From NCBI GenBank assembly GCA_964016885.1, contig OZ024743.1, positions 272,924,001 through 272,988,000 on the forward strand: a DNA stretch of 64,000 nucleotides, in the 5' to 3' direction. Source of the DNA: Eledone cirrhosa. Lineage: Eukaryota. The translations under genes and the position numbers were made by a program. Below, in pieces: positions 42,796 through 56,802 of the stretch. A model generated the notes under the pieces. It was not told where the DNA came from and made no database searches. It saw only the letters and a list, made by a program, of their open reading frames with translations. Each line of letters begins with the position of its first letter. Positions within the stretch are counted from its first letter, which is position 1.

Positions 42796-43062
42796 ATATT
42801 AATAAAAGGAATTCCAACTTTGACTGATTTACTGGTTTTATTTACAATCCTTTAACATTTATAATGGTATTAGAATGAAATAGTATGGCAGAATATTAAA
42901 TGTTAAGTGTTAATTGAACAAGTACTTTCATGCTTTCGTAATCTTCAGGTTCACAATGTGTGGTGACAGTTAAGTTTTCAATTTTCATTGCAAACTTGAC
43001 TGTTAAAAGATTGTAAATAAAACCAGTAAATCAGTCAAAGTTGGAATTCCTTTTATTAATAT
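42796..43062. mobile_element. Fold-back pLTR element (family E), 62-bp arms enclosing a hammerhead
   Basis: Arms 42796-42857/43001-43062; microsatellite flanks. Confidence 0.8.
42915..42953 (-). ncRNA. Minimal type I hammerhead
   Basis: Minus strand TGAAC-CTGAAGA-TTACgaaaGCAT-GAAA-GTAC-TT-GTTCA; stem III AGTACT. Confidence 0.75.
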
Positions 43063-43098
43063 AATCTTCTATAGTCAATCATACACACCCGTGTATAT

Positions 43099-43230
<132 letters not shown>

Positions 43231-43675
43231 TTATATATATATACATATATACATGTATGTACATATACATATATATATATTATATATACCTATCTTTCTT
43301 CAAAGTCCCGACTGTACAGTTTCACTGGTCAGTTTGCGACAATTGCACATTATAGATGTGCAATATAGTTGTGAGGCACATCAGCTTTTCAGCGAACTCC
43401 TCGGGGAAAGAACGCCTTCCAGACACGTTCGTAGCAAGTGAGAAAATCTCAAAAGGTGGTTGGAGAAATTATCATGTGATATACCGGTCAAGAAAGGGAA
43501 CTGAATCCCTTGTAGCAAGTGAAAAATATCTCAGAGGGCGCTGGGGGAAATTAATAGATGATACAGAGGTTACAGGCGAGTAGTAAGGTCGACTGAATGT
43601 GATTATATTGTTTGCTAAGAAGCAGTTACTATACTTTCGGGTTAACTCAACCGTAAGGGAGTTTGAGACAGTATC

Positions 43676-43774
43676 ATAATTGTTTCTACGTTAGGCACAA
43701 GGCCACCAATTACCCAGTGTATTACTGGTACTTTATTTTATCGACTCAGTAAGGATGAAAGGCAAAGTAAACTT
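43676..43774 (-). mobile_element. SINE S1, 3' half
   Basis: Partial match to other copies. Confidence 0.8.
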
Positions 43775-45873
43775 GAGACAATATCATAATGAGAGACACA
43801 CATATATATGTGTATACATACATACATACGTGTGTATACATACGTGTGTATACATACGTGTGTATACATACATACGTAAACATGTATGCGTACATACATA
43901 CGTATACATGTGTATACATACATACGTATATATATATATAATTTCAAGCATGTGTATATTTATATATATATAGCGAGGTGGTCTGGAATCTATGTATATG
44001 CATGGATGCGTTTACCCGTGTATGCATTAACGATTATATCTGTGTTAACTGGGGCTACGAAAATACCGGAAACAGCCCTTTGACATATATAGATAGGTAA
44101 AATAAGTACTAGATAACAGTAATGCGGTCAATACACAATCATTGAATGTAGGCTGCAGTAAGGTTGCCCGAAATACTGAGACAATTAAAGCTTATTAAAC
44201 TCACTACAGATTGTACAGTATATTGACCAACAATATTAAATTAATAAAAGTGTATATGGGATTTAGCTCCTAATCTAACTCATATACCTAAAACTGCGGT
44301 TATGTGGAACTTAACTGCAATCAGATATATATTTAAATAATGTATTTTCATCGTGTATGGTAATGTTATCAGGTATATATTTAAATAGTGTATGTACGGT
44401 AATGATAACGAGTACGATGCTTTCAGCAGTAGACAAGCTGTGTGGCTCATGAACATGATATTGCAGATAATTGAAACATTTCATTTTATCCTTTATAGAA
44501 TCCAGATTTTATTATTCTGCACATCTAGCTTGGTTATTTAAAATACTTTATCGGAAGCATAATACATACGAAATTACTATATTATATTTCAGTGTTTCAT
44601 TCCAAATTGATGAAAATGAAATGCAAATGTATTTGCTTTTAAAATAGTTCTGATTTTCTGATATATTTAAGGATATATGTAAAGAAACTAATTACGAAAA
44701 GAAACCTTAGAGACAGGAAACAAAACAGTATGATCACACCTATGATGGATGTATCTAGGATAATGTAGTTACAGATAGAATTATATCAGAAACAATAGAA
44801 CAGTAAACATTTAATAGAGACGACGGAACTTTTGCGGGGATTCAATAACATTATTTGTCTAACATAAATATTCCAATATGAATACATTTTCCCATTCCAT
44901 GTCTGTCTGATGCTATTTTACTCTTATGACAAACTTTAGTTGTGATGTGAGGGAGCTAAGAGGACATTTAGAGGCACTGAATCATCTCTTATATAAGGAT
45001 AGTAAAACCAGGCCCACATATATGCTGATAACTTTATTTTGCACCTAATACTGTAGCAAATATGAATTCAGAGATAATTGGTATCGTCACACCTCCACGT
45101 CTAATTCATTCGCCTCCATCAAATCTACACTGTGTACAAGTCAATTCCGCTTGTTCATCCACAAGAAAACATCTTCGCGTGTCATAATTATTTTCTCAAA
45201 ATACAATAACATACGCATATATACAACATGCGAAAGTTAGAATTATGATTTCATTTGTAACCGGTAAATTATAATTATTTATATAGAACAACAGACGTGT
45301 CGATCGCATTGATTTGTGTAACAGTTCCTTTGACAATGCCAAACTACAGCCAAATAATAGTGTATGAGATTGATTGTGAGCTATTGCTGAGACTGTTCTA
45401 ATCCGTAATCGGATTAAGCGGTAAGTCATTGATTGGAAAAGACAGTCACGAAATTAGGAGCAACTAGTTAATGAATCAGTGTGATAAGTGGATTAGACAA
45501 AATACTTATTTATACATCAACGAATTAGGCAAAGTGGAAAACAAAATAATTGAAAGTGACAATATGAAAATATGTATAATCCGTCACTTAATGACAAATA
45601 ATTATAAATATATCGAAAACACTAAATGTGTCTTTTGATAGATATTAAATATAATAGAAGATCCCTTCATAATAGAAGATCGTTTTATAATGGTCAACGT
45701 CGAAGTGTGAGTTTGATAAAAAGCTGTCCCAAATTGACAATAATACAACATTATGACTAATACAAGGTACTACTTTGGAACCTAAGTTGGCGATCAAGCA
45801 GCAGATATTAATAATTCTTCAGCTATGTTGATAACATAGAGACAATCTTGGTACTACACACACATACAAGCGC

Positions 45874-45947
<74 letters not shown>

Positions 45948-46122
45948 ATAATAAGGGTTGACGGACCCAGCGTATTTATCAATGCCAGTACCGGTTGTAT
46001 CTCAGCGCACTCAATGGGCAATGTAAGATACATTACCAGAGTATACACATAGTTATTTGCCTCAACACAACACACGTAAAACGGGTGCCTATAAGGTTCC
46101 GGGTCTCGAGTTTCTGCCGCAC

Positions 46123-46153
<31 letters not shown>

Positions 46154-46232
46154 CTGATGGTAGCTAAGATGCTTCCATATGCGGTTTTCTGGTTGAGCAC
46201 TCTATGCTCTTACAGAGCAGAGTATAATAGAA

Positions 46233-46570
46233 TAGAAAACGAAAAATCAGTTGATGCATCTGAACGCAATTTATTGTGTGTTACAATTGTTTCGCCGGCG
46301 GACAGCTCGAGACGCGATCATTGTGTGGATCTGTCTGATTCTGGACCCGCAGGTTCGACGGGCACGTTTAATGATTTCGGAGTATATTCTCGTGAGAGAA
46401 TATGCTCCGTGAAAAAATATGCTCCGAAATCATTAGACGTGCCCGTCGAAACTGCGGGTCCAGAATCTGACAGATCCACACAATGATCGCGTCTCGAGCT
46501 GTCCGCCGGCGAAACAATTGTAACACACATTAAATTGAGTTCATATGCATCACTGAATTTTCGTTTTCTA
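46233..46570. mobile_element. Fold-back element (family C), ~155-bp arms
   Basis: Arms 46233-46388/46416-46570; each carries the hammerhead 3' half GC-GAAA-CAATT-GTA; short duplicated hairpin centre. Confidence 0.85.
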
Positions 46571-46592
46571 CTATATATATATATATGTATAT

Positions 46593-46782
46593 AACGAAGG
46601 AAATGTGGTAAGGAACCAGATGGACCATAACGCACCAAAGTACTCAATACTTCGGGTAGCAGAGTGGGTAATAGGAACAAGTAGGACCCCGACGGCTGAG
46701 CTCAAGCCGTTTCGACGGCTAATTGAGTCCAGAATTAGCCGTCGAAACGGCTTGAGCTCAGCCGTCGGGTCCTACTCGTTCC

Positions 46783-46785
<3 letters not shown>
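46593..46785. mobile_element. Fold-back mini element, family B
   Basis: Palindrome 46671-46785 around GAGTCCAG plus ~80-nt tail; (TA)n flanks. Confidence 0.85.
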
Positions 46786-46816
<31 letters not shown>

Positions 46817-46817
<1 letters not shown>

Positions 46818-46887
46818 GGAAAAGAGTCAGGACCCCGACGGCTGAGCTCCGCACGTTTCGACAGTTAGATCCGAACTCTTCAGAGAA
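46817..46887 (-). mobile_element. Unfolded family B-related pLTR end with a candidate decayed hammerhead
   Basis: Minus strand TTCT-CTGAAGA-G...C-GAAA-CGTGC-GGAGCTCAGCCGTCGGGGTCC. Confidence 0.5.
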
Positions 46888-46889
46888 CC

Positions 46890-47799
46890 AAAAGACCGCA
46901 TGCTTTTTAATGTAGCAAAAGGCAAAGAAGCGACAGAACATTGTTGGTATGTGTTGCGTATGGAAACGATGCTCTTACAGAACGAGTGTGTGCCAAGTGT
47001 GGTTCTCAAGTTTTTGGCCATCTGAGCTTATCAGTGACAAAATGAACATTTTAATTGACGCCAACACCCGTTATACAACCAGGAAGCAAGGAAGTTAGCA
47101 AATATCCTCCAAATCAATGTTCACAAAGCACTTTCATCATCTCGGTAACGTCATCAAGTTCAATGTTTGGGTCCCTCATCAATTAAATTAAGCTAATTTT
47201 ACACAATAGATTCCGATTCGCGATTTTATGTAGAAACGTGACAAAACGATATGTTCGTGAAGGCAATAGTGACAGGGCCGAAAAGTGGATCATCTGTAAC
47301 TGTAAAATCGGGGAAGCGCGGTAAATCACCGAATCAGAACTTCACCCAAAGAATGTTATGATTTCTATTTGGTTGAATTTGATGTGTGTTATCTTTTACC
47401 AGGTTCTTCCCACGGTGAAAACTATCAGGTGGATATATTAAACGCAGCGATTCACCAGAGGTGTCCAGCACTTGCTTATCTTAAAGGCATTGTTTTCATC
47501 CCGACAATTCTAGGCCTTGGCAGAAGAAGCTACTGGAGCTTGCTGGGAAATATTACCGCACTCTCCGGATTTGCACCGTCAGATTTCTCTCGGTTTCGGT
47601 CTCTTCAACTCTGAAGAGATTTTCCTCAGTAAAGATAGGAGATTCCTTGAGCCTGGAATGGTGGATCTGTCCTCAAGCTAACAGAACATACTGGAACGAA
47701 ATTGTGATCATATCATTGATTGAATAAATCATTTACTGTTAAAAGCTTGCGTCTTATATTTGCTTAAAATACCGAACGAAAATTTTGGCAAACCCAATA
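46890..47799 (+). pseudogene. Decayed mariner (Tc1/mariner) transposase with right TIR
   Basis: Across frameshifts: MLF..KGKEATE..YGNDALTERVC..WF; FVKAIVTG.EKWII; LHPKNVMISIW; KGIVFHPDNSRP; PHSPDL.PSDF..FRSLQ; GMVDL...ILERNCDHIID*; TIR-like AATTTTGGCAAACCCAATA. Confidence 0.8.
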
Positions 47800-48092
47800 C
47801 ATTGAAGACATAGATAGTAAGGAATTCTGAAAGGTATTAGACAATAGATTTGGTGGAGTAATATCCATTTAATAGTATAAAACACACTATCGACTTTGTC
47901 GATTTCATTGAAAGCCCAAATACGTATTCAAATCGAACAGGATAGCAGACGGACAACAACTATGCTAAAGAATATTTACTTTAGATCAAACGTAAATAAT
48001 GATTTCTACTAGATTTTACTAGAAGAAGGCTACACTCTGGGTCTGATTGTTCTCATATGAGTAGAATAATAATATATATTGTCCCGTCTGTT

Positions 48093-48137
<45 letters not shown>

Positions 48138-48140
<3 letters not shown>

Positions 48141-48330
48141 AAAAAGTATGGCCCCCGACGGCAGAGCTCAAGCCGTTTCGACGGCTATTTCTGGACTCAG
48201 AAATAGCCGTCGAAACGGCTTGAGCTCTGCCGTCGGGGTCATACTTTTTCCTATTTCCCACTCTACTACCCTAAGTATTGAGTACTCTGGTACGTTATGC
48301 TCCATCTGGTTCCTTACCACAATTCCTTTG

Positions 48331-48332
<2 letters not shown>
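48138..48332. mobile_element. Fold-back mini element, family B (opposite orientation)
   Basis: Palindrome 48136-48254 around CTGGACTCAG plus ~80-nt tail; (TA)n flanks. Confidence 0.85.
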
Positions 48333-48376
<44 letters not shown>

Positions 48377-48617
48377 AAATTGTCCAAATGTATCATTTTC
48401 TAAATTGTGAAATATGAGTAGAAGAAATAAAATATTGAGGAAAGTAATTTCTTACACTTATAGTAAATCTCAAAAGTAATAAACGTATGAAATGTACTTT
48501 CATTTATTCTCCTTAGTATACGTGATCAATATATTCTTTATTTCTTTTAAATTATAATTTCCATAGCAATAATATCAAGCGGAAGAGACAAAGTAGTGAC
48601 TTTAAACTCAATATTGT

Positions 48618-48649
<32 letters not shown>

Positions 48650-50569
48650 ATAGATGAATGCACTGAACGAAAACTGTCGAGTGTGAGCTTTAGGCTTTGA
48701 ACGATGATGTTTAAAATGAACAATAAAATATTTTTTTCTGAATATATAGAAATGCTAATTTCTAATATTTTGCTATCATTGTAGACTGATGCAAACGGTT
48801 GTTTAGAGTTGTGTAATATACATAGATTATCAACATAAAATATAGCATTCGTTTCATTAGCAGCCAACGATATAAAAAAGTTAGTGAAATGCCAGAGTAA
48901 TAATGTCTTTACATCCAATTTAGATTTTAATATAATATTTATTTAGAAATGATAACGATTGCTAGTCTTTGATCATTGCTGTAATTGCATAATGTTTGTA
49001 CTCTAAAATCATGTATATATGCCTCCTCACTCTGCGTATTATGCCATCCATATAATGACAACACACTGTCAATTTTAATTAAATCTAAAAACCTGTGCTT
49101 TTCCTGTGAAAAGTAATATATAGTATCCAGTTCTTTTATAGTGTTACACAGACAATGGACTCGATAAAATAAGCAGCTGCGCAATGAATAATCTCAAACT
49201 TAGATGTAATCAGTTTTATGACGACTAAGCTATTTCAAAACATGTAACAAGTCACTGTTGCCTTATTAATGACACAACAAATAAAATAGTCATTCCTTTG
49301 ATTATTGGTTTTCCAAGTTTTATAGCTTTCTTTTTAGTACATCCTATTGATGTTGGCTACGTTGTCTCCAGCCAGACTTCTGTGTGGATTTGTTATTATA
49401 TTCTATGCATTTACAATTGGAGTTCGTCATATTCATTATATATTTATAAAGGCAGCATTTTGTTATTTGCGAACAGGTTAAAGCAACTAGTCAGCTTTAT
49501 ATGCCAAGGAAATTGTTTATCATCTCCTATGATACATTTAATATTTATTTTGAGAAATTACACCAAAAGCAATTTCGCAATATGTCTATGATAAAAAACA
49601 ATATTAGTTGTCAAAATCTCTACATAGACATTACGACTCAGTAATTTACGAACCTATAAATAACTTTGTCGTTAATCACTTTTCAGTAAATAATTAATAA
49701 CCAAGAAGAACATCAGTGGGCTTTTTAAAACAAATGTTGATATTTTATTGTAGATTTGTATAGATGAATTTTAATAGATCTGCATTCCTATTGTAAAACA
49801 TACTTTTCTTATATTATGTTTAAATTCGAATTTATCGTGAGAATAGAAATTAGGATCACATTTGTTAAGCCTGTTATAAAACAAGTTCAAGAGAGTCCTC
49901 CAAGATGAATATTTAGTAGAATGTTATGCGTTATTAATGGTCACTTTCTATATTTTAAAAAAGCGTTACTTCTGTAATATATTTTAGAATCTTAATAAAA
50001 AATACTTCGATCATATAATTTTACGGAGGCCTAATGTTCACACCTTTTTCAAATAATAAGAAGTAGAAATACGTAAAGTCATCAAAACCACGAAGGAAAA
50101 TGCAAATGAAAATGTATCCTGTGTCATGCAATCAAATCTATGTGAAACAAGTTAAGATACAAGCTGATTTGTGTACAATGCGCAATATCTACATGTATAA
50201 TCCTCGTTATATTTTTTAATATGAATCAGAAAATTAATAAAATCCTAGACATCGTTGTTCCACATCCATTACATGTTCTGTAAATTATATATTGATGAGT
50301 CTTGCTGAAAAATTAATATATAGCAATCATCATTTTATAGGTAATTGTGTATGTATAATAAGGATTAAAGCAGACTTACCTTCTTCAGAAATTCAATGAT
50401 AAAATTGGTTTAAAATTTATGTTGACGTGAGAATTTAGTAATCTGTTCACTCTTCACGAAACAAACAATTTTACGCTTGATATTCCAGTTTATTGTTGCA
50501 GGAGTAAATCATTTTACAATATATATGGCAATATTGAAACAAATGAAAATAAAATAAAAAAAAAAGAGT

Positions 50570-50986
50570 AAGAAAAAAGGAATTAAGAAACGAAAGAAAG
50601 GGAGTGGGAGAGAGCGACAGACAGCTGCGCCTCGTGGATAAATTGCAAATAATGGCGAGCGGCACCCATACAAGAGCCACTCCACCTCAAGGGGTTCCTT
50701 CTCAAGGGGATGCTGTCTTTCCGATTGTACGAAGGAAATTAGTATTGCGGATGTCACGGATACCTGAGGTCTAGACGGCGACCGATACGAAAGAAAAGTG
50801 AGTAGTCAAGCCTCGGCATTTAGTTATTTCCCTCTTCTCTGCATTACGGCCGGCTGCGTCTGGGCTTGCGAAGGAATCGTCAATACTGTAGGCGGTGAAT
50901 GAGTCTCCATACGCCACTTCCCAGATTAGGGATTTACCTCCTTCGAAAAGCAGGAAGGTGCTCTTAACACCACCACATTCGAGCCT
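50570..50986 (-). mobile_element. Probable GC-rich SINE-like insertion
   Basis: Abrupt GC-rich block; minus strand begins GGCTCGAATGTGGTGGTGTTAAGAGCAC (A-box-like) and ends in a pyrimidine-rich tail. Confidence 0.35.
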
Positions 50987-51392
50987 TGTATAAAACTGCT
51001 GTCAAATATAGCATTGAATTACTGTGACATAGTTTCATTTTCAACATTAACCTCTCAGCGTCTCCAAGAACATGCATATATACAACATACAAAAGTTGGA
51101 ATTATATTTTCGTTTGTAATAATCAAATTATATTTTTTTATGTAGAACAATAACCGAGTCTATCTTATTGTGTTTACAGGGTCTTCGGCATAGTTCTTTC
51201 GTGACGTAAATTTGGTATATTCTCTCACGAATGCTAAATGAAATTAAAAGGTGTCTTGTTTTTATATTGAACTGTATTGCTTCTGAATGTGCCTTATATT
51301 ATTTAGCAATAAGTGAACGTAGTCTGCATCCGATCTGGTTGTGTCAGATTAGAAGAAATTTAAAGTAAAACGGAGCATCACTTACTCAGTCA

Positions 51393-52026
51393 TCTATATA
51401 TATAAAACTGAGGATGTGTGTGTGTGTGAGTTTGAATCCCTAAAACTCGAGAAGTACCCAACCGATCTTTTTCAAACTTTACATGTGTATTACTTATGTT
51501 TCAGGACGTGTTGTGCACATAAACAATTTAATTTTTTGATCACTTAGGGCCCGCATTAAGTGAAAAATTGCATTTTTTAAAAGCTTTTTAGGGGATTTTT
51601 GAGGCGTTACTTCAGATCGATTTCCTTGAAATTGTAACTATGTATTAGTCAGTCTCTTCTTCATACCGTGAGCAAAGAAAATCCAACCTTTTTATGGCCT
51701 AGGGCCCGCATTAGGTGAACAACTTCATTTCTTCAGCTTTTTAGGACTTTTTTGAGGCGTTACGTCTAGCCGATTTTCCCGAAAGTTGAGGGCATATTAT
51801 ACACATAAAAACATTCCTTTTCTTGATCCCCGAGGGCCCGCATTAGGTGTAAACCTGCATTTTTCCTGCTTCATCGAGGAAAATCTTAAAGATTATCCAG
51901 CCACCAGAGTATTCTATTTATTTTCTTTACATATTGTCTTTACATGCAGTTTTTCCACGATTAGGTCTGTTGGTCGCCCGCTTTCCAAAATACCTTATCC
52001 CGTGCAACGCCGGGTACCACTGCTAG
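51393..52026 (+). mobile_element. Non-autonomous Helitron
   Basis: A|TC 5' end (TCTATATATATAAAA), 3' hairpin CCCGtgcaacgcCGGG (51999-52014), CTAG|T end, no TSD; three internal ~150-bp repeats containing AGGGCCCGCATTA. Confidence 0.85.
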
Positions 52027-52618
52027 TATTCTATAAATATGTGTTACAAAGAATGAAGCATTGTATTAATATCTCAGTGTCGGATACTCTTTGGAGAAGA
52101 CATATCTATTCGTTGATAGTAATTGACATTCAAAAGTGTACGATATAGCTGAAGGGATTACAAATGCAAGTACCACCACCAACACTAACGCCTTGACAGC
52201 ACATGCCAAGAGAAAGGATGGTCTGATAAATTAATAAATATTTTGGTCAGTTCAACAATTTTCTTTCTTGAAAACAATTTTATAAAATGTGCCGCGTTTT
52301 GCGAGTTTTCGTCATAGTGTTTAAAGGAAAGACATCGGCGACAGAATTGTCATAAATACTATTGAGTGTGGGAGCAAATGAGTCAAATAACAAATTCTCT
52401 ATTTGTAAGTACTTTGGAAACATCTTTACCAAACTATATCATTGAGGTAAAGTGTCAGGTCTAATAATTTGTTTTAAAACATATGTATTCAATCAGAAAC
52501 TATAAATGCATCATACTAAGATGTATTAGTATTAATAACCAAAGCATTGCTAGAACTCCAAGTAATTAGACGCATCGACGAGGAAATAAGTATATCAATC
52601 ATTATTATTGTAAAAAAA

Positions 52619-52811
52619 GGCGGTGGATTGGCAGTATCGGTAGAGGGTCGGACGCCATGCTTTCCAGCATAGTTACGTCCCTTTTCGATCTGAGTTCAAA
52701 TCCCGCTGAGGTTGACTTTGCCTTTCATCCTTGCGGGGTCGATAAAATAAAGTACCAGTAATGTACTGGATAATTGCTGGCCTTGTGCCAAAGGTAGAAA
52801 CAATTATTATT
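52619..52811 (+). mobile_element. SINE S1
   Basis: Full-length copy. Confidence 0.88.
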
Positions 52812-53133
52812 GTAAACTAAACCATTCATTAATATCTTACATTTTATTGAATACATTGTCTATTATTACACAGACACTCACACACATAGACACACACGCA
52901 GACACGCATACCCCCCCCCCACACACACATACACACATATATTGTGTGTGTGTATGCCAATACTTGTCTGTCTCCTCTCGGTTGATGCAAAACCCAAATC
53001 AGCATACAGTCACAATTCATGTATACTATTGTTCTACATCTCATGTTGAATGTTTCTCTAATCTGTTCATACAAATCAGTTTAAATATAGTTGTTTCATA
53101 CAAATCAGTTCATACAAATCAGTTTAAATATAG

Positions 53134-53317
53134 TTGTTTCTACTTTTGGCACAAGGTCAGCAATTATTCCAGTGTATTACTGGTACTTTATTTTATCGAC
53201 CCCGTAAGGATGAAAGGCAAATTAACCTCGGTGGGATTTGAACTCAGACCATAAAGGGCCGTAACTATTTGCAGCAAAGCAATGCGTCAGCCTCTCTACT
53301 GATACTGTCAATCCACC
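53134..53317 (-). mobile_element. SINE S1
   Basis: Full-length copy, inverted relative to 52619-52811. Confidence 0.85.
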
Positions 53318-56300
53318 AACTTTCAAATAATGTTAGGATGCCGTTGCTCTCACATTATATCTCATTTCACGGGAATTTGTTGAATTTTGCGCATTTAATC
53401 AGAAGTATCTCCACTTTAAACGTTTACTCGTATCATACACAAATATTCTTCTTTTCGGTTTTCAAGGCCTAAATGCGTTTTAGGGTGACACCTTTACAAT
53501 TCGACAACAGTAAAGAAGATAATTTGAAACTTGTTCTAGCAAAGGATCCACTTAGTGATTTAGTGCCTGAATGTTGCAGAGAGGATGATGAAGAGAAGAT
53601 TGGTGAAAACGGCAAACAAGGTGATGACATTTAAACAAATTACGGACACTTTTGTTCTGACATTATTTCTGTTACTCAGGTAAAATTGAGGAACCTGAGA
53701 TAACAAATAGGATATTGGGAGATTGTAAATCCTAACATTTGTAGCGGGATTTAATTAGGACTTAACGTGTTCATGTTACAGACTAAATGTGGTGACAGAC
53801 ATGGTTGGTGAATATAAGTAAATTATGTCCAGCGGCTAAATGAATACAAATATCTGCAATGTTACATTAATGTTACAATGTATACTGATGACATTTTTGT
53901 GGCGTTAATGCAAAATCTCAAATTAAAGAAGAAGGAAAATAGTGAGGTACCGTTAGCAAGACGTCATGCAAAGCATGGGATTGATTCTGCTGGAGATAAT
54001 TTTCTGTTTGACGTGATACAAAGTACATTAACACAAAATATATATAATATTAGGCATTACAATACATTTCACAATTAGACTATTATTCTCATTTCATACC
54101 GAGGAATATTTCAGAATATTTAATCGATACTAGATACTATTATATTTAATACAACTCTGAATACTACAATACCTCCTGACTTGTTAATGATTAAACAGTT
54201 GCTATCGTTTCTGAATATTTGTTTAATCCATAGGGAATGTGCACAGAAAAGTAATTTATATCGTAGCTAGTATTTGACATTGAAAATTCATGTTTATACT
54301 GAGAGAAAAAAGGAAATTATAATAATTTTGTTTAATAAACAGCATTTCGTCTGTGTTAGTCAATAATGTAACAATAAAATGAAATATTAAAACCAATCGA
54401 TTGATCAAATTTCCAGAATTGAAGGAAAATTGAATTTAATTTCTTCTTTGAAAGATAAAAATGAGAAAAGTTGCACTTTAAAACGAAATTACAATATATG
54501 TGTTCGTCGGCTAAATTATAAGAAAGCTTTGTAAAATAAACTCCTAACTCGAGTTTACAAAAACACGTCGAATGTTTCAACTGGAATCACAATACTTATT
54601 TGGACCTGGAAGGATTTACAGTAATGATATGTGTCAGAAGTGCTAGAACATCGGACAAAACTAACTTGTAGTATTCGTGTTTGATACCATATAAATCTAT
54701 ATCTTTCCGCTGTCGGGTAAAAGAAAGTGCATGTTAAGTACAGGTATCGGACTTAATATACCATGCATTTCTTCCAAATTTCGTATAAATTTGAAGTATG
54801 AATAATTCACATGTGCTAGCCAAGAGATGCTAGTTTCTATCCAGAAGCTATCACAGAGTAATAAAACACATTCACATAACTTCAAACATAGGAATAATTT
54901 TGTTGAATAACCTGTTAATATGGTGTTTCAACATACTCTTGAGTATGTTGAAACACAAGCACAAATCCTCGCATATATCGTGTTCGGTATCGGTTTCTTA
55001 TCAAATAAAATTTCCAATGCGCCAACAGTACATAGATCACAATATAGTGTTACCAATATACAATATAGGCCAAATGAAGATCATCCAATGCAAACTATAT
55101 TGCTACATTTCTTAGCAGAGAGTGAAGCCACGTTCTGTCTAACTGGTTTTCGTAACAAATGGTAGCACACCTTCTATGAATTTCAATCTATCGGTTGCTA
55201 AACCTATATAACCTTTACTTTAATACATTACATCTCTCGTTAAGCATTCACCATCTAAATTACTATTGTCCCTATTTAGGCAATTGCAATTTACACCATT
55301 GCTTTAATTATCTGTGTTTCTGCGGTTCGTTAGATTTGCTTCTGTAGAAGAGATTAAACTATGTACAAGGTTAAGTGTAATGAATTGAATTAATTTAATT
55401 AATGGTGGATTATAACAACAAATAGGCCAAGTCCTATTTTTCCAACTTCTATGCTTGTACGCAATATAAAACAACTTACTCCTAAATATACTACGAGGTA
55501 GTATATTTAGGAGTAAATCCTTAGAATTTGCTCATTTGAATATAATAAAATAACCGTATTTCTAAACAAATTGTCAGTGATATTACTTTGCTTATAATAA
55601 CACATACTAATGTACATGAGTGTATCATTGAGTTTTGATGTGAAAAGAAACAATTCGGTGGATTCAAAGTCACACAGAAAAGCTTCGCTACCGTTATGTA
55701 TGTGCTTACTTTTGTTGGACGCTTAAAGTCTTTAAAAAACGCAATCAACTTCTACTTGCTTATATCGTGGATCCATTTGTTGCATCCCTTTCTAGCAATC
55801 ATCAAGAATGTTCTTTTTGTTATCAGGATGTCTGTATGTGACGGCAGTGCCATCTAAATATAGGAACTGTAGTTTATTCCGAGATCACCACCAATGATGG
55901 TGTAGCCTGCAGTCTTAAGTAGTCGGATATAATTTTTCGTTTGCTTTTACTTGTTTCTTTAAAATTAATGTATACCAACTCTTTAACGCCATATACTTTA
56001 CATGACGTATAACTACCTTCGATTTCAATTTGTATGCTATTTGAATGTGCATCTTTATATGTCAGTAAACACCATAAGACTTGATAATTTGTTTGTAAGT
56101 TAAACATTTACTATAATGCGTTTCATTACGTGTATAAAGAAATTACTGTATAATTATAAATGTTAAACAAAATACATGGGAATAAGTTATATATCATTGC
56201 CATTTACACAGTATTGAAAGTGTAGCTTATTTACACATTCAACTTATATAATTAGACTATAGTTTTCAATGTCAAAAATAGTTGTTTTAAAGTAATTAAT

Positions 56301-56721
56301 TTTAAAATAAAAATTGCACAAGTCTTGCATAATTCAAACCAGCGGAAGATAATTTTAAAAAATCAATAACAATTGTCTTGCAAATGTCAGGGAAATGATG
56401 GATGGAGAAACAAATTATTTTCAAACATACATGAAGTGTAAAAAAATAATAATGCATTATAATTCATAAATGTTGATTAAATTAAAATATCATAAACACA
56501 TTGCATCGGGATAACGAAATTTTACTTCCTTTCAAATGAAAGCATGTTTGTTAAAATTAATATAAGCTAGTGTGTCTAAGTTTATTGAATAAATATTTAT
56601 CTGGTGTGTATATCACAAAACTGAAAAGAAAAATCAAATTATAGAGACCAATAATGAAAATATCAGAAAATGTATGCATACAACCACACAGACACACACA
56701 CACTCACACAGACACACACAT

Positions 56722-56753
<32 letters not shown>

Positions 56754-56771
56754 GTGTATGTGTGTGTGTAT

Positions 56772-56802
<31 letters not shown>

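Noticed and set aside
46148-46530. Giant hammerhead using GTGTGT-CTGATGG with GAAACAATTGTA-ACACAC
   Set aside because: Core has G at A9, the stem II base does not pair and stem I is simple repeat; likely chance
48547-49591. Host exons suggested by 80-120 aa ORFs
   Set aside because: No recognisable domain or consistent splice structure
54697-56107. Toll-like/TIR receptor pseudogene on the minus strand
   Set aside because: Only vague resemblance, multiple stops and no diagnostic motif
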